Positions 52,181-64,000 of a stretch of 64,000 nucleotides of DNA are shown piece after piece. The stretch covers positions 9,300,001-9,364,000 of the forward strand of contig NW_024704762.1 of the NCBI RefSeq assembly GCF_018977255.1, in the 5' to 3' direction. The translations under genes were made by a program, and so were the position numbers. Numbering within the stretch: the first letter of the stretch is position 1; each line of letters opens with the position of its first letter. Under the pieces are notes generated by a model. The model did no database searches. It saw only the letters and a list, made by a program, of their open reading frames with translations, and was not told the origin of the DNA. This DNA is from Callorhinchus milii (Eukaryota).

Positions 52181-54581
52181 GTGCTGAGAGTCAAGGCAAC
52201 TTTGCAGAGAATGGAAAGCATGCGTCTTTTAAACGGTCATTAATTAAAATATATTGCATGCGAACCCCCCTTCCCCATAGTAGAGCTCCCCCCCAAAACT
52301 AACGACAGATTTTGTCACCTTTTTAGAAAAAAAATCTGATGAAAAAGGAAATTAAAATAAAGATTAAGCAGTGCTTTTTCATAAAGACGCTTTTTCTTGC
52401 CAATTTTTCTCAACCTTCTTCTGAAGGAGATGAAGCCTTGGTAAGAGAGGGGGATACAGGCAGCTCTCTGAAATCCGCACACGCACATACACGTGTGACA
52501 GGGAGGACCTGTTGGATCACCTAGCGTTTGCCTGTCAGATCATTTTTGTTCTTCTACAGTTCTTTTTCACAAGCTCTTACATTACAAGATAAAATGATCC
52601 CACAAGCTGAGACCAGGTGACATTTTAGGCATTAGAAGCAGGGATCTTGGCTGATTTTTCCCTCCCCATTCACCCACCCATTGTACATGGGAGAGAGGAG
52701 CGTGAATGGGCTCCTCTAAAGATAAATATCAAAAGATCACACTATCTTAACAGAGCAAAACCACGCCCGAAAATAATACTCCCCCTTCACTCTTTTCCTG
52801 CTCTCTCTCTCTCGGTACAGTTTATGCTGCTTATCAGGTAGATCTGAACCAGTGACAATAATAACAAACCAATTATAACCCGCCACTCATAAATCTCTCA
52901 TCAAGGATCGATCTGGACTTGATTGATTTCATTTAGCCAGTGTGAAAGCAGCCACTCTCTTAATTGTATTCCATCCACACAGCAGCTCTTTTCCAGGCAC
53001 GAGATTCACGAGGGTTTTTTACTGTCAGGGCTCAGCTTGATCTAGATTCTCGTTACTTTCAGATTCAAATCAGTTCCACCCACACAGGCGTGCAGTGAAA
53101 CCAGCCAGCCAGCCAGCCAGCAGCACCGCCCTCAGAGCTTGGCTCCACTCAAGACTTATTTGCACCTGAAGTGTTAAGGTAACAGCAAAGCTGTGAGCTG
53201 CCGCCAACTGTTTGTAAACTGCTCAAACGCTTTTTATATCTGCGCAGTCATGCCATCTTAAAGGCATCACAACAACAGATGGGTTTCCAACGCTGCTTCT
53301 TATCCAACTCAGCTCCTTCCCTCGCTCACAGTTCGATACGGTCTCCATAGAGAAGGACATCTCTGCTCCTGGACCAGGCTATAAGTTACACACACACACA
53401 CACACACACACCGACATCTGCAAGCAAGCTTACACCTAAGAATAATCATCCTTGCAATTGTTATAGCAACTAAACGTCTCAAAACACTTCACAGGTCAGG
53501 GCTGGCAAATGCAGCAACTGTGCATTTGTAGGCAACCGCATCTGCCAGTTTGCAGTGTCCCACAAGTAGCCACAAAGTGAATGATCAATTTATCCGGAAG
53601 ATTTTTGGCCAGGATACTGGGAGGAACTTCCTCTTCTTTTCAGAATCCACAAGTTTACAGGGGCCACAGGTTTGAGGACCCCCTCCTCCCCCTCACTCCT
53701 TACGCACGCTACAAAGTACATTAACCCAAAATAAATCTTGAAATTAATCAATCATTGATTCTCCCCCTGAATGCGGAGGATTCTTAGCACAAGAGGACAT
53801 TCACTCATCGTGTCTATGTCCTGCTTATTCCCATCAGAGCTGTCTATCCTAATCCCCTTACCGGGCTCTTTGTCTAATACGATTCTTTTATCTTTATTCT
53901 TCCAGAATTCATCCAATTCCCTTTTAAACCAAAATTAATTTGTCTTGAACTTCTGGTAATGCTTCCACATCCTAATATTTCTGTGTGTAAGAAAAAATTA
54001 ATCCGCTAACTCTCTCTTCACGCTTCGAACAATCATCTTGAATATGTAGCCTCTTGTTCATGAACCACTAACTAGTAGAAATAATCCACTGATATCGTGA
54101 AAGTGAACCTACAAACCATCCTTTTTATATACGGCGTCCAAACCTGCAAAACAAACATCTCAGCTGTGGTTTAACTAATGCCTTGTACAGAAATGATACA
54201 ACCTCCTTACTTAATGCTATCTTCACTTCTAAGCTATCTCTTAATAGTTTGTGGATCAATGCAATCCCAAATGTGAAACACCCATCTCTAACCTCTACAA
54301 CAACAACTTGCACTTACGCAGTGCCCTCCACGCAGGGTAGAGTCTCAGAGTGCTTAAAAAAACTGAACTCTACAGAACTGAAGGGCTCCCTACACTCAGA
54401 TGCTGCTTCCTGCCATGTCAAAGGGTTCCAGATACTCTCTCTCTTCCAGTTACCACCTCCTGCCTGCGTCAAAGGGATTTCGATGGATGGACATCATAGC
54501 TCCTGCCATATCAGCAGAGCAGACCTATTGTGGGGCATGTCAGCTCTTCAATACCCTGAGAAACAGCCTGGGGAAGGATAT
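52181..54581 (-). other. CRTC1: U12-type AT-AC intron, CRTC1 intron 3
   Basis: 5' end ATATCCTTC (54581-54573); branch box CCTTGAC (52196-52190); terminal AC; this splice gives in-frame HGRQ|ADSCPYG. Confidence 0.94.
53387..53411. repeat. (CA)n microsatellite
   Basis: Directly visible. Confidence 0.9.
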
Positions 54582-54719
54582 CTGACGGCCATGTTTGTCC
54601 ACTGGAAGTGCCCGCCGGTGCGGTGATCCCAACCGGTTCCTGTCCCTGTAGACTCTGTCCACAAGACCATGATGCCTGGTCGATCTGCTGGTGTCCAAGC
54701 CAGAGGCCTGGAAAGGAGT
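54582..54719 (-). CDS. CRTC1: CRTC1 exon 3
   Basis: [46 protein letters not shown]; 138 nt. Confidence 0.95.
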
Positions 54720-55534
54720 CTGCAACAACAAACACAAACACAAGCCACCCTTTCAGCATCTTTCTCCAAACAGGTAGACTGTAGCTCTTACCTCAACAAG
54801 TGGGACCGGTTTAATTCATGTTGACTGAAAAACTACTTTTAGTCGTGTCCTTTTTTTTTAAAAATGAATAAAACTCTTCAACCTGGTCAGGAGGGACCAT
54901 CAGCTGTCCGTTTATTCTTTCACTTGTCATGGATTTATTTCAGGGTTTGACCCACGGGGCAGATTTTTAAATAGACTGTTTTAAAGTTTGCCCTCTGGAA
55001 ACCCTCCCTGTAACTAAACAATTTCACTGCAGATGTACTTGGGAATTGCCTTGAGCGTGGGTTTCTGCCAATGGGTACATTTTTCAGCAAACATCTTCAA
55101 TGCAAACTGAGTGGGAGCAGGCTGGCTGCTTCAAGCTGTCTCTTTTACAGCCTTAATACTTGTTAGCCGGGATCTTAAACTCTTAAACAAACTCGGGAAA
55201 ATAGGGGAACAATTCAATACAAATACAAAATTACATTTGTATAGTATTTTTCACGTCGGGAGGACATCTCAACACACATTTATAATTGGAATGCTTTGCG
55301 CAAAGGAAGTGTCTGAAACCACACTGCAGAATGAGATTAATTAGAAATGAAGTTAATGTTATCTTGGCAAAGATGGAAGCCAATTTGTGCTAGCAAAGTT
55401 CCATAGACTACGAGAGATCAATGACCAATTAATTTGAATTTAGGGTGAATTTAGAAGAGTATGAAATATAAACCAGGATAGCCAGAAGAAAAACAACTTG
55501 CACTCAGTAAGCAGCTTTCATGTAACACAACCTC

Positions 55535-55650
55535 TCATAGGAACAAGCCATTTAGCCCCTCAAGCCTGTTCCACCATTCTATAAGTTTATGGCTGATCTG
55601 TACCTCAACTCCAATTACCCGCCCTTGCCCCATATCCCTTATATCTTGAT
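55535..55650 (-). mobile_element. CR1-type LINE 3' end fragment
   Basis: Reverse-complement match to 6340-6450. Confidence 0.7.
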
Positions 55651-57710
55651 AAGGACATTGTGAAAAACATATTCCTTTGAAATAGTAGCAAGGTGGTGGG
55701 GGGGGGGAAGAGGGCGAAGATTCACTGAACATCCACCTGAGTCACAAGGCAGACTGAACCTAAATTAATGACTCAGTCAAAATAAATGACAATCTGGAAA
55801 TGGAACCATAGTTTAAATGGAATGGTGGTTTGAAGGAAACTGCTCTGTGTCCCAGGAAGTGGACCAGTGAACCATTGGAATTGTGCCCCCCCCACCACCC
55901 ACTACCTCAATATCCCAGGCTTTTGTGCTTGAAATGAGTGGTCCACAGAAGAGCCCTTGAAACTGGAAACCCTTTGTGTAAATTAACTGCTGTGAAAGCC
56001 ACCCAGGAACAAGTGCCCTATCTGTTCATTGATGCCCTGATCTCTTGGTGAACGATTCGGGCTGATTTGTGTGCTGAAGTGCTGCCTCTCTGTGTGTGGG
56101 AAGTCAGCTCACGACTCTACTCTCACCGAGCCCCACAATCAACCTACCAGCGGGTGCCACCAGCCATCGACTCCACATCACTAACTGTCTCAGAAAGATC
56201 AGAGCGTGAGAGAGAAATAGTGAAGAAAGACTACTGTTCCAGCCGGAATTAATACTGACTCACTCACTCTCATAGAAAACATTTCCCTTTAACAAAATGA
56301 TTCACCCCCAGAACTCTAATATACCTGTCAGCAATGGGGTTGCATTGCAGTCAGTTGATAAAGCAAGCAACCAGAGATTCACTTGTAAAGGTGCCAACTA
56401 CCACAGCGTGAAGGTACAAACTGTGTGTAACAACAAAGCAGAACAACTCTTTGCACCAACGTTCAAGCCAATTTGCTTCTCAATCTTCCAGCAAGCTCAG
56501 AGAAGATTTTTTACGAGGAAGTTTTACCCATAAACTTTACAAGGTTAATTCCTTGAGCCGAGAGGCAATGATGTTTCGAATGTTTGAGTGTATTGATTAC
56601 AGCAAAAGAATGTTGAGTTTTAAAATTAGCACTTTAACTTTAAAAGGAAGGAACGTTAAAAGGAGCCCTAGGATTTGCACGCAACAGAACTACAAGAAGT
56701 CTAACTGGACACAAGTTCAATTTGACGGGAAATAGCTGCAAATAAGAGATCTTGCCAAACCCTTTTGTGTATCTCTTCACCGCTCCCCAGCTCATTCACA
56801 CTCGCTTACTCTGGAGCCTTCACCCTGGTTGCGAACATCAGCTGCAAATTAAGTGGTGCTCCCTCTTTCGCCCCTGGATATTTCCAGGCAAGGTCCTTCC
56901 TCCGTTTCAAGATCCAAAGCGCTCTGAGACGCGACCTTGCGTGAAGAGCGCTATATAAATGTAAGTTTTCCGTCATCCACAAAATGAGCAAAACGAACAC
57001 ATTAAATGACTTGGCGTGACTCTATTTACCAGATTTTATTCCTTGCACATAATGGGATAATGCTTATGAGTGACTGGCAGAATGAGTGAAACACTTGAAA
57101 AAGAATTAAGGGTTTGGTGAGCATGTAGGAGAGTGGAGAAAAATACCAGCACACACTTGATGGGCCAAAAGGCCTGCTTCTGTGCTGTAACAATCTACAG
57201 TTCTACTTGTAGTGTCGTTGGATGTAATCAGATGCGGAGCCCAGGAAATGGAGCAGAGGCAAAGAGGGCAAATTACTCTCTTGAAAGCAAATATATATGC
57301 ATGCCGACATCCTGCTTACACACAAGCACAACTTCAGAAAGCAAGACATGTGACTGTCAGTGACAATCAGCATCTCAGTTACACGCTAGCCTTCCAAGGT
57401 ACACGTTTGCCTACGAATGCACAGTCCCAACAAGACTTGCATACACAGGTTTGGGAAGAATGCTTTTCACTTGACTGACTTGCTCCCCCCAGCTCTCTGC
57501 ATGTCAAGTGCACTTTGTAATAAACCCGTAGGCAACAACAATGAATTGTATTTGTAAAGCGCCTTTCACGTCGGAAGGATGTCCCAAGGCACTGGACAGT
57601 CAGGGATTCACACCCGAGCTGAGGGAGCAACTTAGACACACGGCAGTGTTGTGGACCGGCAGGTCAGTGCCGAATCCCAGCTCCCTCCCAAAGCTGAAGG
57701 AAAAACTCAC

Positions 57711-57827
57711 CTGAAAGGGGAGATCCAGGGCACTGCTTCCGATTTGATTGACGTTGGGCAGGGAACCTCCGTAGTACTGACCCCGACTCGGTCCCAACTG
57801 CAAATACTGAGATTTCTGTAACTGTAA
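57711..57827 (-). CDS. CRTC1: CRTC1 exon 2 (exon 1 outside the window)
   Basis: [39 protein letters not shown]; 117 nt; TTTTCAG| and CAG|GTGAGT. Confidence 0.96.
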
Positions 57828-57994
57828 CTGAAAACAAATTTAAAAAAACGCCAGTTACAAAAAAAAGAGGAGACACTGGTCATAGAAAGTTGAGGAAATT
57901 GACAGTGTAAATGAACTTCAACCCTCATTAGGATGTCACCAGTGTCCTTAAACACATTGACAGACGCTGCCGGCACCAAAGGGAATCATGTCTC

Positions 57995-58318
57995 CGAGAT
58001 GTCTCAAGAGCACTTCACAGCATTCACTGTGAAGTGAATTGACTATTTTCTGGGCGAAATGCACCAGCCAATTGCGCACAGCAGTGTCCCATGAACAGTC
58101 GTGGATTGAGTGACCAAATTATTATTATTTTTAAGGGATTATTACTCCTCAAGAAGCGATCTGCCAACCGACTAACATCCGGCTTCCTACTTATTGCTGG
58201 GTAAACAAAGGCGTGCGTTAGGAGTAAGGAAACGTGTCAATGTTTTGTCCTGCCCGGGAATCAAACCCAGGTCATCTCACTTGCCAGGCGAGCGCTCTAA
58301 CCACTAAGCTACTGGACT
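57995..58318 (-). mobile_element. Near full-length SINE copy
   Basis: Colinear with 8071-8465. Confidence 0.85.
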
Positions 58319-59706
58319 GCAATAGAAAACCTAACACAACTGTGTTTCAAATGAAAATAAACTGGAGGACACCAAGGCAGTGATCTAAAGGCGAGATTTA
58401 AGCGAGGTCTTAAACGAACTCCGAGAGTAGATTTCTCCCTTGAAATCACTCCCACACCACGATGCAAGACGCTCTGTAAATCTGCAATCTTTGTGTGTGT
58501 GTGTGTGTGTGCGTGTTTTTATTTTTTACGAACAGTTCCAGCTGTTTGTAGTTTGCTGGTAGTTTGGCAATTTGAGGCATTCACCCTTCTAACTGGAACA
58601 AGGTTTTTTGGGTAAAGTTCTCCGCTCACTTCCTTCCTACTGCTGGGGATAAAAAGCTGCAACTCCCACTCACTGACCAATTGGCTCCAGTTCCTCGGCA
58701 GCTTCAGTGAGGGAACAGCCAACACTTGCCAGCTGTTCAAATCAAGAGTGTTGGTTACAGTAAAGGAAACAGGCTGCAGGGCCCATCAAAACTGCACTGG
58801 TGCTTTTCGCCACATGAGCCACCTTGCCTCATCTCACTGCAATAAAGCAGCAAGTTTACCCGTCAGTCCGCTGTCCGATCATCTACTGCTTGTGATCAAA
58901 AGCGGGGAAAAAAGCCTCACCTTGTGGGTCTTTTCCCTCCCTTTTGATCACAAGCAGGAGATGAACGTGCAGTGTCCAAGTTAACAAGTTAAGGCAGCGG
59001 TCAGCAATTTCCCTTTGAGCAATTACTGAAGTTCCGCACTTTAAATAATAAATAAACTAAATGGTTTACGTGAGGAGCCACTTAAACAATTGTCAAAATG
59101 CGTTGAATGCCACCAGACCCCACCGTGTTACCTAATTCACTGGGAAAGGTTCAGGTAAGTGCGGAGGCACCTGTAGACTTGGCCACTTTCATTAAATTGC
59201 TTACACAGATAGGCTTGCCTCTCCCAGCAACACTCGCAATTTCAAACATTATGGAGATAGATCGGTACTTAGGAAGTAAGGGTAATAAGGGATAAGGAAA
59301 CGAGGTGCGAGAATGGGATTAGAAAGATAAAGAGCTCCTATTCACTGTAATAAAATTGCAGAATAGGCTCTGAGGCAGAATGGCCTCTTGCTATTCCTGT
59401 GTCCGCACATCAGTTTCAGTCAGGAATTGCCATATACACATTTCTTAATCAACTGGGCATAATGAGAGCACAATTCACAAGCAACGCCAGCCTCGAAGCA
59501 AAATGCCTTGAAAGTTCAGTCTCCGAGAGAGCAAACACAGGCCAGGCTTTATTGCTGAGCTTTCCAAAAAGTCTAGCATTTAAGTAGTGATTTCCTGTTT
59601 TCAATCTTTACCCAAATTGCAGACTACGAGGTTACAAAAAAAACACACCAAATAACCTAATCAAAAAATCACAATTTACCAGCACCACCACCCTGTTTGC
59701 ATCATT

Positions 59707-60040
59707 GCCTCGGTTTACCTAGCAATAAGTAGGGACCCGGTTGTTAGTTGATTGGCAGATTGCTCTTCTGGGGATTTAAAAATAGATATATAAAAAAATA
59801 AGAATTTGCTCACTCAATCCACGGCTGTTTGTGGGACACTGCTGTGCGCAATTGCCTGCCGCGTTTCGCCCACAAAATATATAGTTAATTTACTTCACGG
59901 TATATTCTGTGAAGCGCCTTGAAACGTCTCGAAGGCGTGATAAAGTGTTATGTCAAATGCAAGGATTATTATTATTATATTCTGTGAATTACTTTGAGAC
60001 ATCTCTTAGACGTGATAAGGTGCTGTATCAAATGTAAGAT
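59707..60040 (+). mobile_element. SINE copy with tandemly duplicated tail
   Basis: Central block plus tail, then a second TATATTCTGTGAA...TATCAAATG tail at about 59976-60040. Confidence 0.82.
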
Positions 60041-60902
60041 TTTGTTACCTCCAATGTGTGGAATGGCAGAAGTGTGTGTAAAGTCCAGGAAGATGTATGT
60101 TGCTGCACGTTTCTGTAAACTCTTGACCATCCAGAAAATAATAATATAAAATAAGATAAAATAAGGCATCAAGCATTCTCTTTCTTAAAGAAAATTCTCA
60201 GAAAGTTACCCAAACCAAATCTTCCAGGAAACAGTTCAGCTGCCTGATAGCATCAAGGCACAGTCACACCGCAAAACCAGAATATTTGGCTCATCACATC
60301 TGCACTGCAGTTTCATAATAATAATCCTTCTATTTGATATAGCTCCTTATCACGTCGTGGAGACGTCTCAGAGCGCTTCACAAAATATAAGCACATCATA
60401 ATGTCAACGAGACGACTCAGAGTAATTCACAAGATTTAGTGTAAAGCGTAGGCAGGTAAAGATATCTTTGAGAGATCTCTGCAGAGAGGGAGCATAGTAG
60501 ATGAAAATGCCGGAAACCATCAGTGTTTCATTCTGAATTAATGCTGACGAAGTCATTCATAAAAACAAGTTTGTTCCTGACAAGGGTACTGGACATTTAA
60601 ACAGTTCTAATAAATCGTAACTGTCCCATATTCCACTGAACTCGTGATATGCAGACAGGTAGCAGACTGCTACTAAACATATTAAAATTAGAAAAGGTTG
60701 GCGAGGGCAAATTCAGTGTAAAGTACTTATCCCATGCGTTCAGCAGTTTTATTTTTAAACTGCTTCCCATTGCAGCAGAGCCCAATGAATTTCTGTAACT
60801 AACGTGCTACCTAGGCACATTGACTAAGATCCTTGCCTTGACCTTCATGATCTCGGTCCTTCACTACCTATGGAATTTCTTCCAATCATGTCCATCTAGG
60901 AG

Positions 60903-61214
60903 CTCAGTAACTCAGTAATTAGAGCACTCGCCCGGCAAGCGAAAGACCTGGTTTCGATTCCCAGCAGGGCGAAACCTTGGGTAAGTTTCCTTACTCCACA
61001 TGCCCGATAATAATCCCTCAAGAAAAAAAAACACAATAATAAATTTGTCACTTCAATCCACCACTGTTTGTAGGACACTGCTGTGCACAATTGAGTGCTG
61101 TGTTTCACCCACAAAATATAATCAATTCACTTTACATTATATTCTGTGAAGCGTTTTGGGATGTCTAGAAGATGTGAAAAGCGCTATATCAAAATGCAAG
61201 GAGTATTATTATTA
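60903..61214 (+). mobile_element. SINE copy (head + tail)
   Basis: TAGAGCACTCGCCCGGCAAGCGAAAGACCTGGTTTCGATTCCC head; (TTA)n tail. Confidence 0.85.
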
Positions 61215-64000
61215 TCCTCTGCTCTTCCAATACCGGCCTATTGATGTATTTTTCATTCCCTCTGTCCCATCGTTGATGACTGAGCCCCTACTCTTTAGAT
61301 TCTTTCAAAATCCCTTTGCCTCACTTCCTCCCTCTTGTCTTCAAAACCCTCCTTAAAAATGCATCTCTTTGGTTGTCCCTCTGGTCACCATCCTTAACTT
61401 TTAATGCTTGGTGCAAGCCATCAAATCTATTGAGATGTTCACTGTATGATAAGGCACTACATTAAACACATGATTTTTAAAGTGAAACACTTGCACGCTT
61501 AAACTACCCAATGGCTCATCTGGATGCAAATGGCCACATGCTGAACGAGATGAGCGTGTGATCTTCAGCTAATGGCCTACTGGCTTTATGAATCCATTTC
61601 TTAATCCATGAGAAGCATGGTACACATCATGCAGCTTGTTGAAGAAGACGATTATTGGATTGACACATTGCTCGCGCACAGGTCATACTGCAGTAGGAGG
61701 TAGGTTTGAGTCCATAATTCCCGACGTCTGTGCAGTGCTGTCGGAGAAAGCTCTCTGGGAATATGGTCAGTGAGTGAGTCACTCCAATAACCCCAAATGT
61801 TCTCAAACACCTCCTAGCAACAGAGACCTATAAGCAGATGGCCTGGCTGCTCTGACACCAGGGAACTCCTTATGGCTTGGACAAAAGAAACACACGAAAA
61901 GGGATTTAGAATGAGGGGAACTTTGTTTACTATTCATGAGGCGTATGTACTGCACTCCACAAACAGGACTGTACTTTGTAAACCGACTCCCACTGAATAA
62001 ACATTTGCCTCCTGTCCTTTGAGAAAGTCTTTCTCTTTTAACAATGTTTTTTTAAAAAATAAACCAAAAATGTTCTCAGTGATTTGCAATCTGTGCCTGG
62101 ATAAGACACACCCGTCTAAACAGCTTAGATAAATACAAAATACATGTGGATCTAATTCCTCACAATTGGCTGTGTTTCACCAGCAAAGATAATTCTACTA
62201 AATGCAGAGAAGGAACTTTAATTTTTTTCCTGTCCTGACTATCGGGAAATGTTAGCATTGAGCAGGTCATTTTCTCTGAAATTGTTGTCTGGTTGCAATG
62301 GATGTGTTTTTCTAGAGAGGAGCATTTAGAGGTTTAGTACGGCCTGTACTGCTAACACATGGTAAACGTTGAATGAATCCAAACCGATTAACCTTTACCC
62401 TGCTGAATAAAGAGTATCTCCGTACACGCACACAGCAAATAATAATAATAACCCTCACTCCGCTAAAACAAGAGCAGCGCTACAGTATGTGGCAAATAAC
62501 TCTGTCCTATTGCATCAACAGCTAAAATTGTAGGTACAGCAAGGAGAGGACTTATTCACTGTGCAAATGTAAAGAGATCCTGTTTGGATCAGGGAGAAGT
62601 TTAATTCACTGTCAAAGACAAAGGGACAAAGTCAAAGTCCATATGTTTGCTGAACTAGGAAGGGATAAACAAGCTAAAGGATGGAGGGATAGACATAATA
62701 GAGAGAAACTGTGCCACTAAAGTAACTTCCTGTTGAGCTATAGACCGAATGGGTTTACATCTATTAGGAGTAAACATTTATTAGGCAATGTAAATACGTA
62801 TACTAGGTTACACCTTCTACCACGTTTACAACCCAATCAGCCAGTTACTGCTGCTAATTCAACAACGTGGCAGATTTTCAAATAAAAATAATCAGCTGAA
62901 ATACTTTTGTGTTCAGAGAATCTTCCATAGAATTCAACATAAATAGAAACTGAGCACAAAAGGAGCGGCAACATTTCCTGGGAATGCAGTCCCAGACGCA
63001 GGAACTCAATCTTGTAGAGCTCCAGCGACTGAGCCAAACCGAAGGGTAAAAAGGAACAGCTGATGAGTCGGTTTGCTTGATCATTCACTGAAGCTCGAAA
63101 ATAATTGCCCTGGGACTGATCTGAGATCTACCCGGTCAAAATACAAACACAGCAAACAAAATAACGTCCCTGCAGCCAATTGCGCATAGATATACATGCT
63201 GTATGCTCCAAATATAATAAAAGGGTAATTTCTTACAAAGCGCTGGTCAGATGCGGCTTTTATAACAAGGCAATAGATTTTGCTCACTGCTGGGGCAGAT
63301 CGGTAATATAAATGCAACACCATTCACCAAAATCCTGACTCTTTCAGACTGTTCCTCGAGAAACTGAAGCCTTTTCTTGTGCCTCAATCACGACAAAAGT
63401 AATTTTGAAAACAGTTAGTTGTAAATAAAACCAGTCGTAAATATTTACTATTTTTACTATTCACTGTATCGATTTGTTTTTCACGGACAGATTTGAAAAT
63501 AGGCGGTTAAGATCATTTAAAACGTAAGCACGATGGAGAGAACTCTTGGGGACGACTTGCAAGGTGTCAATAGTTATCGATTTTTTTGGTCAATCAGTTG
63601 AAATTTGTTGTGAGAGCCCAAATCGTTCAACTAACCCCACTTAGGTGGAGTCAGTATTTTGTTGACAAATGCTGTGTTTCCCAACAGATGCATACAAGAA
63701 GCCAGAAAAAAAATCATTAGTTCGGCAGGTAATCACCAATATTTGTCAGCACAGTATAAATAGAATAATTTATATTAATAATAATAATAATCCTTGCATT
63801 TGATACAGCGTCTTATCACTTCTCCTAGGCGTCTATTGTGCACAACAGGGTCCCAGAAACGGTCATGGATTGAGTGACCACATTATTATTTATTTCGAAG
63901 AGATTATTTCCCATGGACTGTAACAGGGTGTCAAAAAATGAGTTCTCAAATCTTTGCAGAAATAATTCTGGACTTCCAAGGGTTTTCAGATAAACTGCCT

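Noticed and set aside
63052-63110. Hammerhead-ribozyme-like CTGATGAG...CGAAA
   Set aside because: Stem II does not pair beyond the first base pair and no adjacent stem I/III with an NUH cleavage site could be built.

Overview
Vertebrate genomic DNA, most likely a cartilaginous fish (inferred from the tRNA-SINE/L2/CR1/Deu-type repeat landscape and compact introns; not provable here). It holds three intron-containing genes in the same order and orientation as human 19p13.11: UPF1 (minus strand, coding exons 1-9, runs off the left edge), a complete 19-exon COMP/thrombospondin-5 (plus strand, 29072-39601, 760 aa) and CRTC1 (minus strand, exon 2 to the last exon plus a ~3.3 kb 3'UTR; exon 1 lies beyond the right edge). 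All exon boundaries were read from the sequence and keep the reading frame. Highlights: two minor-spliceosome (U12) introns (GT-AG in UPF1, AT-AC in CRTC1), both giving a premature stop if retained; a candidate U2 intron nested inside the UPF1 U12 intron; TSP4-like features in COMP; an apparently missing CRTC1 exon; a G-rich 20-bp minisatellite with a 260-bp higher-order repeat; an inverted duplication bracketing COMP exon 1; and SINE tails abutting COMP splice acceptors. I found no convincing wholly new biological system; the more novel items are hypotheses. Human exon sizes and protein motifs quoted are from memory and should be verified.
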